The notes under the pieces were generated by a model. The model was not told the DNA's origin, did not search any database, and was given only the letters and a program-made list of their open reading frames with translations. 64,000 bases of DNA from an uncultured Planctomycetia bacterium (lineage in GTDB: Bacteria > Omnitrophota > Gorgyraeia > 2-02-FULL-51-18): positions 52,167 through 116,166 of the forward strand of contig CAYSKO010000005.1 of assembly GCA_964431835.1 (NCBI GenBank), written 5' to 3'. Made by a program: the position numbers and the translations under genes. Below, piece after piece: positions 9,801 through 15,489 of the stretch; within the stretch, counting starts at the first letter, position 1, and the number at the start of each line of letters is the position of its first letter.

Positions 9801-10229
9801 CTTGGCCACGCGCTTCCAGGTTTCCGGCGACGCGATCGACTTGATCGGGGTGAGCGTCGCGTCGCGCGAGCCGCCTTCGACGAGCACGAGCCGCACGTCG
9901 TATTTCTCCATGATCGCGTCGAGTGCCCAGGCTAGATTCTCCTGGCCGCTCAGATTTGAATGGGCGTCCTGAATATGGATGACGAAGGGGCCTGTGCCGC
10001 GATGAACTTCCCGCAAGGAAGCGAATGGAAGGGGCGGCTCGAAACGCGAAGGGTCCGAAGCGAGCGAAACCGCCGAAGGGGCGGGAGAAGACAGCGGGGC
10101 GGCCTGCGCGACTTCCGCCGCCAGAAAAGAAGCGACGAGAACGCAAGCGACCGTGCGCAGTCCGAGACGGCGCCGGTCCCCGCGTAACCAAAATTTATAT
10201 AAAGCGAGCAATGCGAGTGCGTTGGGCAT
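1..10229 (-). CDS. Giant (>=3409 aa, 3'-truncated by the window edge) exported multidomain protein: signal peptide, TIKI/TraB/ChaN-like N-terminal domain, then tandem enzyme modules separated by GARMA linkers
   Basis: Manual translation from ATG 10229 (MPNALALLALYKFWLRGDRRRLGLRTVACVLVASFLAAEVAQAAP...) finds no stop down to position 1. It is absent from the ORF track because it has no stop in the window, and none of the track's minus-strand ORFs in 1-10270 ends in this frame. Recognisable catalytic motifs occur throughout. A sigma70 promoter lies just upstream. Confidence 0.93.
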   Translation of the reverse strand, partial: MPNALALLALYKFWLRGDRRRLGLRTVACVLVASFLAAEVAQAAPLSSPAPSAVSLASDPSRFEPPLPFASLREVHRGTGPFVIHIQDAHSNLSGQENLAWALDAIMEKYDVRLVLVEGGSRDATLTPIKSIASPETWKRVAKSFLVEGKISGEEYLNLISDKPMKIVGVEDKALYFKSVSSYADLAAVRTDALEYLSRVRTAIEKMKRRLYPRELLAFEARAAAAGGEADFRAALELLAYAGIDASGYPSLARLGALEATEKEIDFERANLEQGALAEEIARRGGGSELRASLERMGNAKGAALSRYPHFRNTFVIAREKGIRLEDYPALSKYVDYLRAFSEIDLDAVLKDAAAAREACYAKLLAGDAPRKLRAIDRYVALLDTAFRIRMSAEEFEAFRANETDFATASYLAFVNRLLAEAGAFEDLVPYRDALEKAKTPLEAFYDSVRERDFAFVRNTSKALAAEKESVAILITGGYHTPHLKKLLREDGFSYAVLTPAVSTETNQAKYEELLLAPLRKKPAAAGSMLPRGTFETARKLPAAEFDWIYQLIDQAKQVETTRFPGRATAIESKAALAALGYATKTRDADSAEIPVVSAARMADFLVGSVIGSGGFASAYWAGDSVALLPKGWYAVDSVGRVTLDEADVATLETRPLREIFPPLHILRGIVAQAAILNAVNPGGARRDLPRAAGAQEDFSEISAKLVSVYDLLSSKSGEPEIRAALRDLAAALRARTTPVALLLEPFGTREEIESLARQAIDAEEASRLIAQWPAESRVHLFKTLARTLRHVHSRGVAHRDVKPSNFWFPPSYFGPRAPTPAEIDARPPVLHDFGVSLLEGDGLSRAKLGVESVYGISGTPGYMPTSAVLSFAEEVPLNPYDADLFALGVSIAQMSLVELGPTLERALAAAAGSPDAMRAWDQPLATRRETFKSLFYAPNQRIVDRATARLSFFAGERELGKLVARLVRVDLKELDGKRSELFDALEALEVSGERGARMAAGAEPFGTFQVPAEVTAATDSALFGKRSFKITTSAGRQIFLSDHHHKALPFWLEARRTGLIGNNSTLLHVDRHPDDLVSKRAFAKPVDLDFLPPVDVEDPAQLAEAIRGYEIDDFIAPLVAAGLIDAEAWFHLAEIDDQVLPQRLIWDADARPDDSPFHFHYGLEKKPLEDVLSAPSIDIVDVDLDFFMGLYERIRKSHRDAGIDEPRADRWARDAAVQRAMRQLVPIVARGKIVSIVTSPEFIDQTFAMELMKSLLAGLNAYDSSAPTETFAPTELEYTDILLSEKGRAGRRLDSAPEGVMDSLPSVEWAEAEKIAAGIVAPAYPSEFEPLVGLIEKTNPRWLVYWKLASAYRLDRSAQALKTLLGLYKNDAALPPFEKFSLYRFISTDRSIPAALQATGARMALGQSAEGWKPFLLEALPGRELALLTTRTGRQLRVDVWDNVSKHADGLQPVMSVYASDGMTDAAGDSVYGLRGFLIRFALEDGTQLRGAGLFRALLNRYFEEYPEVTRTHPDMRNLIAMDLLLRDYGFIAPPDAAPNAYLSDSLFHMNAATRTLFEKTLSGQEQAMFNNANLRTVSDAELAEIAGRAEARPLYVGHALERKAVASASGARMVYGGQAPAERLRGIFSTPQPIKWSGKGGVVGATIEYDRAFDVYVVTPDAATRKAYTGLAALDARSSQEDIGPRGSFGQIQVKFETIDGRSSAIFDEMHPSLGYRLLRPTSVRNVFRPWIENAIAEMVRELRAAGIESFYASNSGRIAKRYPKIPRVNLWENYEFAFRKKGWEPVTVLLNGESAELWRLPASGVRMAFEASSDDIEDRWVDVWEKNLRQNRQGSFDTYPPAVELFIENGLRAYWGTGEGRKLGDIGAGADLFLSRVMTSRFPGASITAVDIFEMDREGEPPSRIDFRRGSAESTGFVDGELDAALYSFSYDYADRDAAAAELLRALKPGGRAVLALHHPDSDYTAEATLAAGALQAAEDFCDLLKAHVERGDFAAANAELLERRRGPLPADPARALGRIETERKKSRLDAAIFSAMLENVFASADEASGYFASRGFRVVSAEVLPNGDKPAAYGIVLEKLETAQAGPAGSSNFTTFAGRLRRVDDFLASEIVPALAARARAERRKLQIYDIGVGYPPVTTLEMAKKISEIVPRGAFTVKGVDIVRPAVVVSAKRSGLLANQDVGPLSFTVTVEAILFDAAGNIVALDTSSGVILAGDVVPRTLTEASVYAARVRGTARGRFSEILTRFLGRWLPTSVHSRWPVVASPWNLFSRNGVSFIRADYRTAALPPADLVRVFNVPGPENREALAAALREGGALVAGFSPLSGGADMEKLAVFRKRGDRLVPEAYVFSTAFEGGEVTWMDRGGGLWKGEAVNDLVSRQAVNRALRQAEQIVHQNTRSGALYEAMYAEATALLNSAALKKLEEDLTAGGLYRSLPPGLLRWAREIRDGESALGMGLAYTQFFGSVFETLNLSPDDPAHASRVEVENSLGRLRELFSEAQDEFRRTAAEELTRVTGLPTRVSGKMMVLERPAGARMAEGNPYVGTQNVARDFTQEDDVTQGAVERSVQRRLETRKQIDVWILGAGLGASAAELRERYGPRVKLRFVNKERLSIDREKYLASLPSDVRRKAERWLSPEFRAWFEKNQTIADLDLGVPFKGRADVILIGTSVLPYVQNKLELVAQIKNEKLRRGGELFIQTGLEGVVIEGWSSGPSTGITTLLYRLNNRNALPEYEHALDPASFADSMRLHVTNRYPRSKFPALERLRSVARIETSTDDEGATRPLPARYRTIYLPPSPEGTPSADPVRASGARVAAEGSARPAFTRFLRRTYNAWLFYRTGVSATRGRIERLLDSDSPALDIARPVGEALDGIAFGPGYYLRSDPVVGAPHYARFRVYRKSGWFRSSGDQLAATLALRHSMKEGGLVVEPSYTTFPPHQGAGIASRFHELVARLYPEGTELNVSIANMRTLLYLAQALPDGRKSPLVRRILSDWLALWSKNVVDDPDFDFPLPPREEETTSHEAYLESVENATLDKYWRARQWVLMKEILRVMDESAVSPWSSETIGRSLVGRLSSRVGGDLRIVTGVLPTLVTAFGSKSAAPSGARMANDGSQSDGIVLIQQALATLPPGQAARVQIDLLAPINLAANGVHPGRFRRALGILVERSLRESQGEVRVSIENDGRGLVLGVTRSEASGDDWYWSEEALFRRFHLMGGFPDRRQRHTLDSGWIRTIVVRFPSQPAVLIKKWDTDGRIARTNKRYAAGASGNALTMTHRMYAFDFENLNRYLRKAGIRPDGYGPEDEVLFIGPYDNAEDIVGFAKANPRVKTLHVVEPDTQAFNLLERRLHEAGLESLTVLGYRTSVLSMPALERVTLVYDKYVFAEGWFSPGHILRAGREISGLLG
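894..1775 (-). other. Module 7: GNAT-like domain (aa 2819-3112)
   Basis: TFPPHQGAGIASRFHE (HQGAGIA at 1383-1403) matches GNAT motif A, followed by a strand and IANMRT. Confidence 0.55.
1776..2606 (-). other. Module 6: class I SAM-methyltransferase-like domain (aa 2542-2818)
   Basis: VWILGAGLGASAAEL, ADLDLGVPF..ADVILI, VLPYVQNK, LRRGGELFI. Confidence 0.65.
2607..4802 (-). other. Module 5: two tandem class I SAM-methyltransferase-like domains plus helical region (aa 1810-2541)
   Basis: First: KLGDIGAG (DIGAG at 4614-4628), ITAVD, FRRGSAESTGFVDGELD, ELLRALKPGGR. Second: TTFAGRLRRVDDF, IYDIGVGYPPVTTLE, VKGVD, ADLVRVFNV, LREGGALV. Confidence 0.75.
4803..5387 (-). other. Module 4: roughly 195-aa domain of unknown family, possibly GNAT-like fold (aa 1615-1809)
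   Basis: FGQIQVKF..AIFDEMHPS..PWIENAIAEMVRELRAAGIESFY..NYEFAFRKKGW; bounded by linkers on both sides. Confidence 0.35.
5388..6020 (-). other. Module 3: GNAT acetyltransferase-like domain (aa 1404-1614)
   Basis: QLRGAGLFRALL (acetyl-CoA motif A) followed by RNLIAMDLLLRDYGF (motif B-like). Confidence 0.6.
6021..7235 (-). other. Module 2: UPF0489/arginase-deacetylase-like metallohydrolase domain plus helical tail (aa 999-1403)
   Basis: IFLSDHHHKALPFW, LLHVDRHPD, IDDFIAPLVAAGLI, IVDVDLDFF, IVTSPEFIDQ. Confidence 0.75.
7236..8426 (-). other. Module 1 of the giant protein: Hanks-type Ser/Thr protein kinase domain (aa 602-998)
   Basis: IGSGGFASAY Gly-loop, HRDVKPSN (7812-7835), DFG (7725-7733), GTPGYMP, DLFALG. 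Confidence 0.88.
8640..10000 (-). other. N-terminal domain of the giant protein, TIKI/TraB/ChaN/EreA-like, possible metallo-peptidase
   Basis: Motifs VIHIQDAH (IHIQDAH at 9960-9980), VLVEGG, SGEEY, IVGVED, FYDSVRERDFAF and ILITGGYH (ITGGYH at 8790-8807) follow the H...E...RD...GxxH order of that superfamily. Family call from motif recall. Confidence 0.55.
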
Positions 10230-10241
10230 TGGGTTAGGGCA

Positions 10242-10270
10242 AGTATACCCGCCGTCCGGCTCAAATTCAA
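10242..10270 (-). promoter_or_regulatory. Sigma70-type promoter of the giant gene
   Basis: TTGAAT-17 bp-TATACT on the minus strand, 12 nt upstream of ATG 10229, in an AT-rich intergenic region. Confidence 0.65.
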
Positions 10271-10409
10271 AATAGAGACGATCCATAAAACTATATTATA
10301 AAAAGACTTATAAAAATCTTATTCTACGCTGACTCACTTTTGACTGGAAACGCTTAAAACAGGCCGTTTCCTCTATATACAGGGGCCTCCAGTGCTTTTT
10401 CCGATTCCT

Positions 10410-10438
10410 TTGACTTGGTTTTTCGTTTTCTGTACAAT
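10410..10438 (+). promoter_or_regulatory. Sigma70 promoter of the nuo-mrp operon
   Basis: TTGACT-17 bp-TACAAT. Confidence 0.7.
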
Positions 10439-10471
10439 GGCTCCCATAAACCGTTCGGAGCACTTTTTTTC

Positions 10472-10837
10472 ATGACTTTATTAAACGATTATTCTTACGT
10501 CTTCGGATTTCTCGTCATCGGCGTCGGGTTCGTGGTCGTCAACACCCTCCTGCCCCTCCTGATCAGTCCGCGAAGCCGCGGTTCCCGCGCGAACGACCCG
10601 TACGAAAGCGGCGAAGTCCCGATCGGCGGCGCGTGGGTACAGTTCGACGTCAATTACTACCTCTTCGCATTGATCTTCATCGCCTTCGACGTCGAAGCCG
10701 CATTCCTTTTCCCGGTTCTTGCGGTGTACCGCGAGGTTCCGGGCTGGGGCGCGTTCGTCGAGGTCGCCGTTTTCCTCTTCATCCTGTCGTTCGCGATCCT
10801 CTACGCTTGGAAAAAAGGACTCTTCTCCTGGAAGTGA
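10472..10837 (+). CDS. nuoA: NADH-quinone oxidoreductase subunit A
   Basis: PYESGEVP, YYLFALIFIAFDVEAAFL, YAWKKG. The ATG at 10472 lies downstream of the promoter. Confidence 0.95.
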   Translation: MTLLNDYSYVFGFLVIGVGFVVVNTLLPLLISPRSRGSRANDPYESGEVPIGGAWVQFDVNYYLFALIFIAFDVEAAFLFPVLAVYREVPGWGAFVEVAVFLFILSFAILYAWKKGLFSWK

Positions 10838-10840
10838 TGC

Positions 10841-11509
10841 ATGGCCGATCCGATTAAAGAACCCCAGCTGTATAAAAACCCCGCTTACCTGCAGACCCAG
10901 TCGCCTGCGCCAGGAATCGTGAACCTTTTCCACGTCGAGGACGTGCTGAACATGGCCCGCGCCAATTCGCTTTGGCCGCTCACGTTCGGCCTCGCCTGCT
11001 GCGCCATCGAGATGATGGCCGGCGGCGCCGCGCGTTACGATCTCGACCGCTTCGGCTTCGGCGTGTTCCGTCCTTCGCCGCGCCAAGCGGACGTGATGAT
11101 CGTCTCGGGTACGATCTCGCGCAAGATGGTTCCCTGCATCAAAACGCTCTACGACCAGATGCCGTCTCCGAAATACGTGATCGCGATGGGCGGCTGCGCC
11201 ACCGCGGGTGGCCCGTTCAAATTCCCGGGCCAGTACGGCATTCTCGAGGGCATCGACAAGATCATTCCCGTGAACGTCTACATTCCCGGCTGCCCGCCGC
11301 GCCCCGAAGCGCTGATCGCCGGCATCCTCGAGCTTCAAAAGCAAATCAAAGCGGGCAACGTGCAAGGCGTGATGTCGCCGGCGGCCGTCAACGACTCTCA
11401 GGACGCGCGCCCCGCCGAATACAAAAACGCGGTCTCCCGCGCCGATTTCCGCAAACCCGCCGCTCCGGCCGCTCCCGCGGCTCCTGCGTCGGCGGAGCCG
11501 AAAGCCTAA
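10841..11509 (+). CDS. nuoB: NADH-quinone oxidoreductase subunit B
   Basis: [38 protein letters not shown]. Confidence 0.96.
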   Translation: MADPIKEPQLYKNPAYLQTQSPAPGIVNLFHVEDVLNMARANSLWPLTFGLACCAIEMMAGGAARYDLDRFGFGVFRPSPRQADVMIVSGTISRKMVPCIKTLYDQMPSPKYVIAMGGCATAGGPFKFPGQYGILEGIDKIIPVNVYIPGCPPRPEALIAGILELQKQIKAGNVQGVMSPAAVNDSQDARPAEYKNAVSRADFRKPAAPAAPAAPASAEPKA

Positions 11510-11512
11510 AAC

Positions 11513-13144
11513 GTGTCCCCCGTCGCTGAAAAAGACATGAAAGCCTGGCTCGTCTCGTCGGTGAAGCCCGACGAGTTCGCGGAAAAAGATCCGAAGTCGG
11601 GCGTTCTCTTCGAAGCTCTCGTCGGCCGCGAGCATATCCGGGAAGTCGCACGCGAATTCCGCACGCAGGGGTGGTTTCTCGAGTCGATTTCCATCGTCGA
11701 CTTCGCCGAATGCTTCGAGATCGTCTACCATTTCAACAAATGGGGCGTTGCCCGCCGAGCCTGCGTAAAGACGCTCGCCCTGAAGGCGGAAGGCGAAGCG
11801 GCGTCCGCTCCCTCGATCTCGGACGTCTTCCGCGCCGCCAACTGGCACGAGCGCGAGGCGTACGACATGTTCGGTCTCGTCTTCGAAGGCCACCCGAACC
11901 TGAAGCGCCTCCTTCTTCCCGAAACTTCGAAGATCCACCCGCTACGCAAGAGCTTCAAGGGCGAACCCAAGGGCTCCGACGTCGAGGACTCCCTGCGGCT
12001 CATCCAAGAAGACACCGAGGGCTTCGAGGTGCGCTACCCGAGCCAGCTCACGAAGAGCCAGAAGGATTACTACCTGAATCTCGGCCCTCAGCATCCGAGC
12101 ACGCACGGCGTCCTTCGCGTCCTTCTCCATTTAGACGGCGAGCGCGTGCTAGACGGCGAGCCGGTACTCGGCTACTCGCACCGCAACCAGGAAAAGATGT
12201 TCGAGATCCAGAATTACCTCGCCTGCTGGCCGCAGTTCGGCCGCCTCGATTACGTCGGCGCGATGGCGTTCAATTTCGGCTACGCCCACCTGATCGAAAA
12301 GGCGATGGGCATTGAAGCGACGCCCCGCGCCCAAGCGATCCGCGTCCTGGCGACGGAGCTAAACCGCATCTCCTCCCATCTCCTCTGGATGGGCACGTTC
12401 CTCCTCGATCTCGGGGCGTTCACGCCGTTCTTCTACTGCTTCGACGACCGCGAAAAGATCATCGACATCCTCGAGATGGCCACCGGCGAGCGCCTCACCT
12501 ACGACTACTTCCGTTTCGGCGGGCTCGATCACGACATCCCTGAGGAGATGCTCCCCGCCGTGAAGGCGTTCGTCCCCGAATTCAAGAAACGACTCAAGGA
12601 TTACCACAAGCTCGTCACGAAGAATCCAATCTTCATCTCGCGCACGCGGGGCCTCGGCGTCCTCACGAAGGACCAGGCCCTGAATTACGGCGTGAGCGGT
12701 CCCTGCTTGCGCGCCTCGGGCGTCCGCCAGGATCTTCGCCGCGACGAGCCCTATTCTATTTATCCCACGCTCGATTTTGACGTTCCTACCATGACGGACG
12801 GCGACGTCTGGTCGCGTTACACAATCCGTATGCGCGAGATGGAGGAGAGCCTGAAGATCGTCTCCCAGCTGGTGGAAAAAATCCCGGCCGGAGACGTCAC
12901 GCTCGGCAAGTTGCCGAAGAACGTGCCGAAGGGCGAATATTATTCCGCGGTCGAATCGGCGCGCGGCGCATTCGGCATCTATCTCGTCAGCGACGGCACG
13001 CTCAATCCCTACCGCATGAAACTGCGTACGCCCTCGTTCTGCAATTTGAGCGCGTTCAGCGAGATGATCCCCGGCTGCCTCCTCTCCGACGTGATCGCGA
13101 TCCTGGGCTCCATCGACATCGTTCTCCCGGAGATCGACCGGTGA
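11513..13144 (+). CDS. nuoCD: Fused NADH-quinone oxidoreductase subunit C/D
   Basis: [24 protein letters not shown] (C part); [18 protein letters not shown] and C-terminal DIVLPEIDR (D part). No NiFe CxxC motifs. Confidence 0.95.
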   Translation: MSPVAEKDMKAWLVSSVKPDEFAEKDPKSGVLFEALVGREHIREVAREFRTQGWFLESISIVDFAECFEIVYHFNKWGVARRACVKTLALKAEGEAASAPSISDVFRAANWHEREAYDMFGLVFEGHPNLKRLLLPETSKIHPLRKSFKGEPKGSDVEDSLRLIQEDTEGFEVRYPSQLTKSQKDYYLNLGPQHPSTHGVLRVLLHLDGERVLDGEPVLGYSHRNQEKMFEIQNYLACWPQFGRLDYVGAMAFNFGYAHLIEKAMGIEATPRAQAIRVLATELNRISSHLLWMGTFLLDLGAFTPFFYCFDDREKIIDILEMATGERLTYDYFRFGGLDHDIPEEMLPAVKAFVPEFKKRLKDYHKLVTKNPIFISRTRGLGVLTKDQALNYGVSGPCLRASGVRQDLRRDEPYSIYPTLDFDVPTMTDGDVWSRYTIRMREMEESLKIVSQLVEKIPAGDVTLGKLPKNVPKGEYYSAVESARGAFGIYLVSDGTLNPYRMKLRTPSFCNLSAFSEMIPGCLLSDVIAILGSIDIVLPEIDR

Positions 13145-14124
13145 CCGGAAACCCCGTCCTCGACGAGCTTCTGAAAATCGTCCTCTGGGGAACGCTCGTG
13201 ATCCTTTTCGTGTCCGTGAACGCGCTTTTCCTCGTCTGGGCCGAGCGCAAAATCTCGGCGCGCATCCAGCTACGCCAGGGCCCGCTTCACGTCGGCTTCC
13301 AGGGGACGCTGCAGACCGTGGCCGACGCGATCAAGCTCATCTCGAAGGAATTGACGCTTCCCAAATCCTCGGCCAAGAGCCTCTACATGCTCGCTCCGGT
13401 GCTCGTCTTCGCCCCGTCGATCGCGGCGTTTCTCGTGCTTCCGTTCTCGCCGGAAATGCCGATGCGCGATCTCAACATCGGCTTCCTCCTCATCTTCTCG
13501 CTCACGAACGTCACTTTCATCGGCGTCTTCCTCGCCGGCTGGGCCTCGAACTCCAAATACGCGCTCCTGGGCTCCATGCGCGCCATCGCGCAGAACATCT
13601 CTTACGAAATTCCCCTCCTTCTTTCCACGATGGGCGTCGTCCTCTGCGCGGGGACCCTCCAGATGTCCGGAATCGTCCGGGCCCAGGAGCACGGCTGGTT
13701 CCTTTTTAATGGCCAGGTGATCGCGTTCGTCGTCTTCATCGTCTCGGCACTCGCCGAGGCCAACCGTGCGCCATTCGACATTCCCGAGGCCGAATCCGAG
13801 CTCGTCGCCGGTTTCCACACCGAGTACTCGGGCATGCGGTTCGCGCTTTTTTTCCTCGGCGAGTACACGGCCGTCTTCATCTCATCCGCCGTGGCCGTGA
13901 CGCTTTTTCTCGGCGGCTGGAGCGGCCCGCTCCTTCCTCCGCCCGTCTGGTTCCTCCTTAAGACCTATTTGATCGTTTTCGTGGTGATGTGGATCCGGTG
14001 GACGTTTCCCCGCCTGCGCTCGGATCAGCTCATGGCGCTGGCCTGGAAGGTGCTGATTCCGTTCGCTCTCCTCAACATCCTTTTGACGGCGCTTTTTATC
14101 CAGCTGCAAAGGAGCCTCGCATGA
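13141..14124 (+). CDS. nuoH: NADH-quinone oxidoreductase subunit H
   Basis: [47 protein letters not shown]. Confidence 0.96.
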   Translation: MTGNPVLDELLKIVLWGTLVILFVSVNALFLVWAERKISARIQLRQGPLHVGFQGTLQTVADAIKLISKELTLPKSSAKSLYMLAPVLVFAPSIAAFLVLPFSPEMPMRDLNIGFLLIFSLTNVTFIGVFLAGWASNSKYALLGSMRAIAQNISYEIPLLLSTMGVVLCAGTLQMSGIVRAQEHGWFLFNGQVIAFVVFIVSALAEANRAPFDIPEAESELVAGFHTEYSGMRFALFFLGEYTAVFISSAVAVTLFLGGWSGPLLPPPVWFLLKTYLIVFVVMWIRWTFPRLRSDQLMALAWKVLIPFALLNILLTALFIQLQRSLA

Positions 14125-14687
14125 GCGTCGTCGGTCGCTATTTCAAAGACGTCTTCTCGGGTTTCTGGGCGCTCCTCGCGGGTATGGCCGTCACCGCGCG
14201 CTATTCGGTCAAACCCCCGGTCACGCTGATCTACCCCAAGGAGCGCATGCCTCTCAAGCACTTCAAGGGTCCCATCGCTTTCACGACCGACGAGAAGACA
14301 GGGGACCACAAGTGCATCGCCTGCAATGCCTGTATCAAGACCTGCCCGTCGCGCTGCATGTCGCTCGTCGCACAAAAAAGCGCTCTGGACGGAAAGCGCG
14401 TTCTCACGGACTTCAAAGTAAATTACATGCTCTGCAGCCTGTGTAGCCTGTGCATTGACGTCTGCCCCACCGACGCGCTGAAGCACGACTCCCCCAATTA
14501 CGACATGGTCGCCTCGAACCAGCGTGACATGCACATGGATCTCTTGAAGCCTTACCGCGACGCCGGCACGCCGCTCACGAAGATACCGGTGGTCGATCCC
14601 GCGGCCGCGGCGGCAAAGCCTTCGCCGACGAAGCCCGAGAACAATGCCGCGGACAAGCCGCTCAGCCCCGAGGAACCGAAATCTTGA
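14121..14687 (+). CDS. nuoI: NADH-quinone oxidoreductase subunit I (2x[4Fe-4S])
   Basis: CIACNACIKTCP and CSLCSLCIDVCP. ATG 14121 has a GGAG RBS and overlaps the nuoH stop. Confidence 0.93.
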   Translation: MSVVGRYFKDVFSGFWALLAGMAVTARYSVKPPVTLIYPKERMPLKHFKGPIAFTTDEKTGDHKCIACNACIKTCPSRCMSLVAQKSALDGKRVLTDFKVNYMLCSLCSLCIDVCPTDALKHDSPNYDMVASNQRDMHMDLLKPYRDAGTPLTKIPVVDPAAAAAKPSPTKPENNAADKPLSPEEPKS

Positions 14688-15181
14688 GCCTACCCGACGC
14701 CTTTTTCCTCTTCTTCGCGGGAATCACGCTGGGCGGAGCCGTTCTCGCGGTGACCTTGCGGAACGTCTTCTACAACGCGCTCTCCCTGATCCTCTGCCTG
14801 GCGGGTGTGGCGGGACTTTTCGTTTTCCTGAACAGCGAGTTCCTCGCGGTGATGGAGGTCATCATCTACATCGGCGCGATCTCCATCGCGATCCTCTTCG
14901 CGATCATGCTCTCCCAGCCTATGATGCCCGTAAAGGAGCCCTTAAACCGCGGGAAGGTCGCGCGCGCGGCGCTCGTGGCGGGTCTTCTTTTCCTCGGACT
15001 CTCGCGCGTCATCGGGCGTTCGCAGTGGTCCACGGCTCCGCTCGAGGGCGACTACTCGCTTCAGGGAATCGGCCGCATGCTGCTCGGAGCCAACATGATC
15101 CCGTTCGAGGTTGTTTCGCTCGTGCTCCTAGTCGCCATCATCGGTGCGCTGGTCCTCACGGGCTCGAAAGGACGCGGATGA
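14684..15181 (+). CDS. nuoJ: NADH-quinone oxidoreductase subunit J
   Basis: EFLAVMEVIIYIGAISIAILFAIML, PFEVVSLVLLVAIIGA. Confidence 0.93.
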   Translation: MSLPDAFFLFFAGITLGGAVLAVTLRNVFYNALSLILCLAGVAGLFVFLNSEFLAVMEVIIYIGAISIAILFAIMLSQPMMPVKEPLNRGKVARAALVAGLLFLGLSRVIGRSQWSTAPLEGDYSLQGIGRMLLGANMIPFEVVSLVLLVAIIGALVLTGSKGRG

Positions 15182-15489
15182 GCGAGAGTCTCGGCGCCTA
15201 TCTGTTCATTTCGACCGCCCTTTTCTGCTTGGGAGTATACGGCCTTCTCTCGCGGCGGAACCTCGTGGCGATGCTAATCTCGCTTGAGCTGATCCTGAAC
15301 TCTGCGAGCCTCAACTTCGTGGCGTTCAACAAGTTTTCGCTCATCAACAAGGCCGCCGGCCAGACCTTCGCGGTCTTCGTGATCGCGCTGGCCGCCGCCG
15401 AGGTCACGATCGGCTTGTCCCTGATTCTTCTTTTCCACCGTAAACGCGACTCGATCAACGTCGAGGACGCGGGAGAGATGAAAGGATGA
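15178..15489 (+). CDS. nuoK: NADH-quinone oxidoreductase subunit K
   Basis: MSESLGAYL..RRNLVAMLISLELILNSA..AAAEVTIGL. Real start is the ATG at 15178. Confidence 0.94.
   Translation: MSESLGAYLFISTALFCLGVYGLLSRRNLVAMLISLELILNSASLNFVAFNKFSLINKAAGQTFAVFVIALAAAEVTIGLSLILLFHRKRDSINVEDAGEMKG

Noticed and set aside
42-10270. Dozens of ORF-track ORFs in 1-10270, for example 8211-9467(+), 7461-8201(+), 400-1143(+) and 5899-6597(-)
   Set aside because: They are antisense or off-frame shadows of the giant minus-strand ORF: Arg/Ser/Pro-rich, with no motifs, as expected in high-GC DNA.
10230-10286. Upstream in-frame ATG at 10286 for the giant gene
   Set aside because: It lies upstream of the predicted -35/-10 promoter and would push the signal peptide further from the N-terminus, so 10229 is preferred.
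11513-13144. Group 4 [NiFe]-hydrogenase large subunit
   Set aside because: There are no N- or C-terminal CxxC motifs; RLDY and the C-terminal EIDR are NuoD-type.
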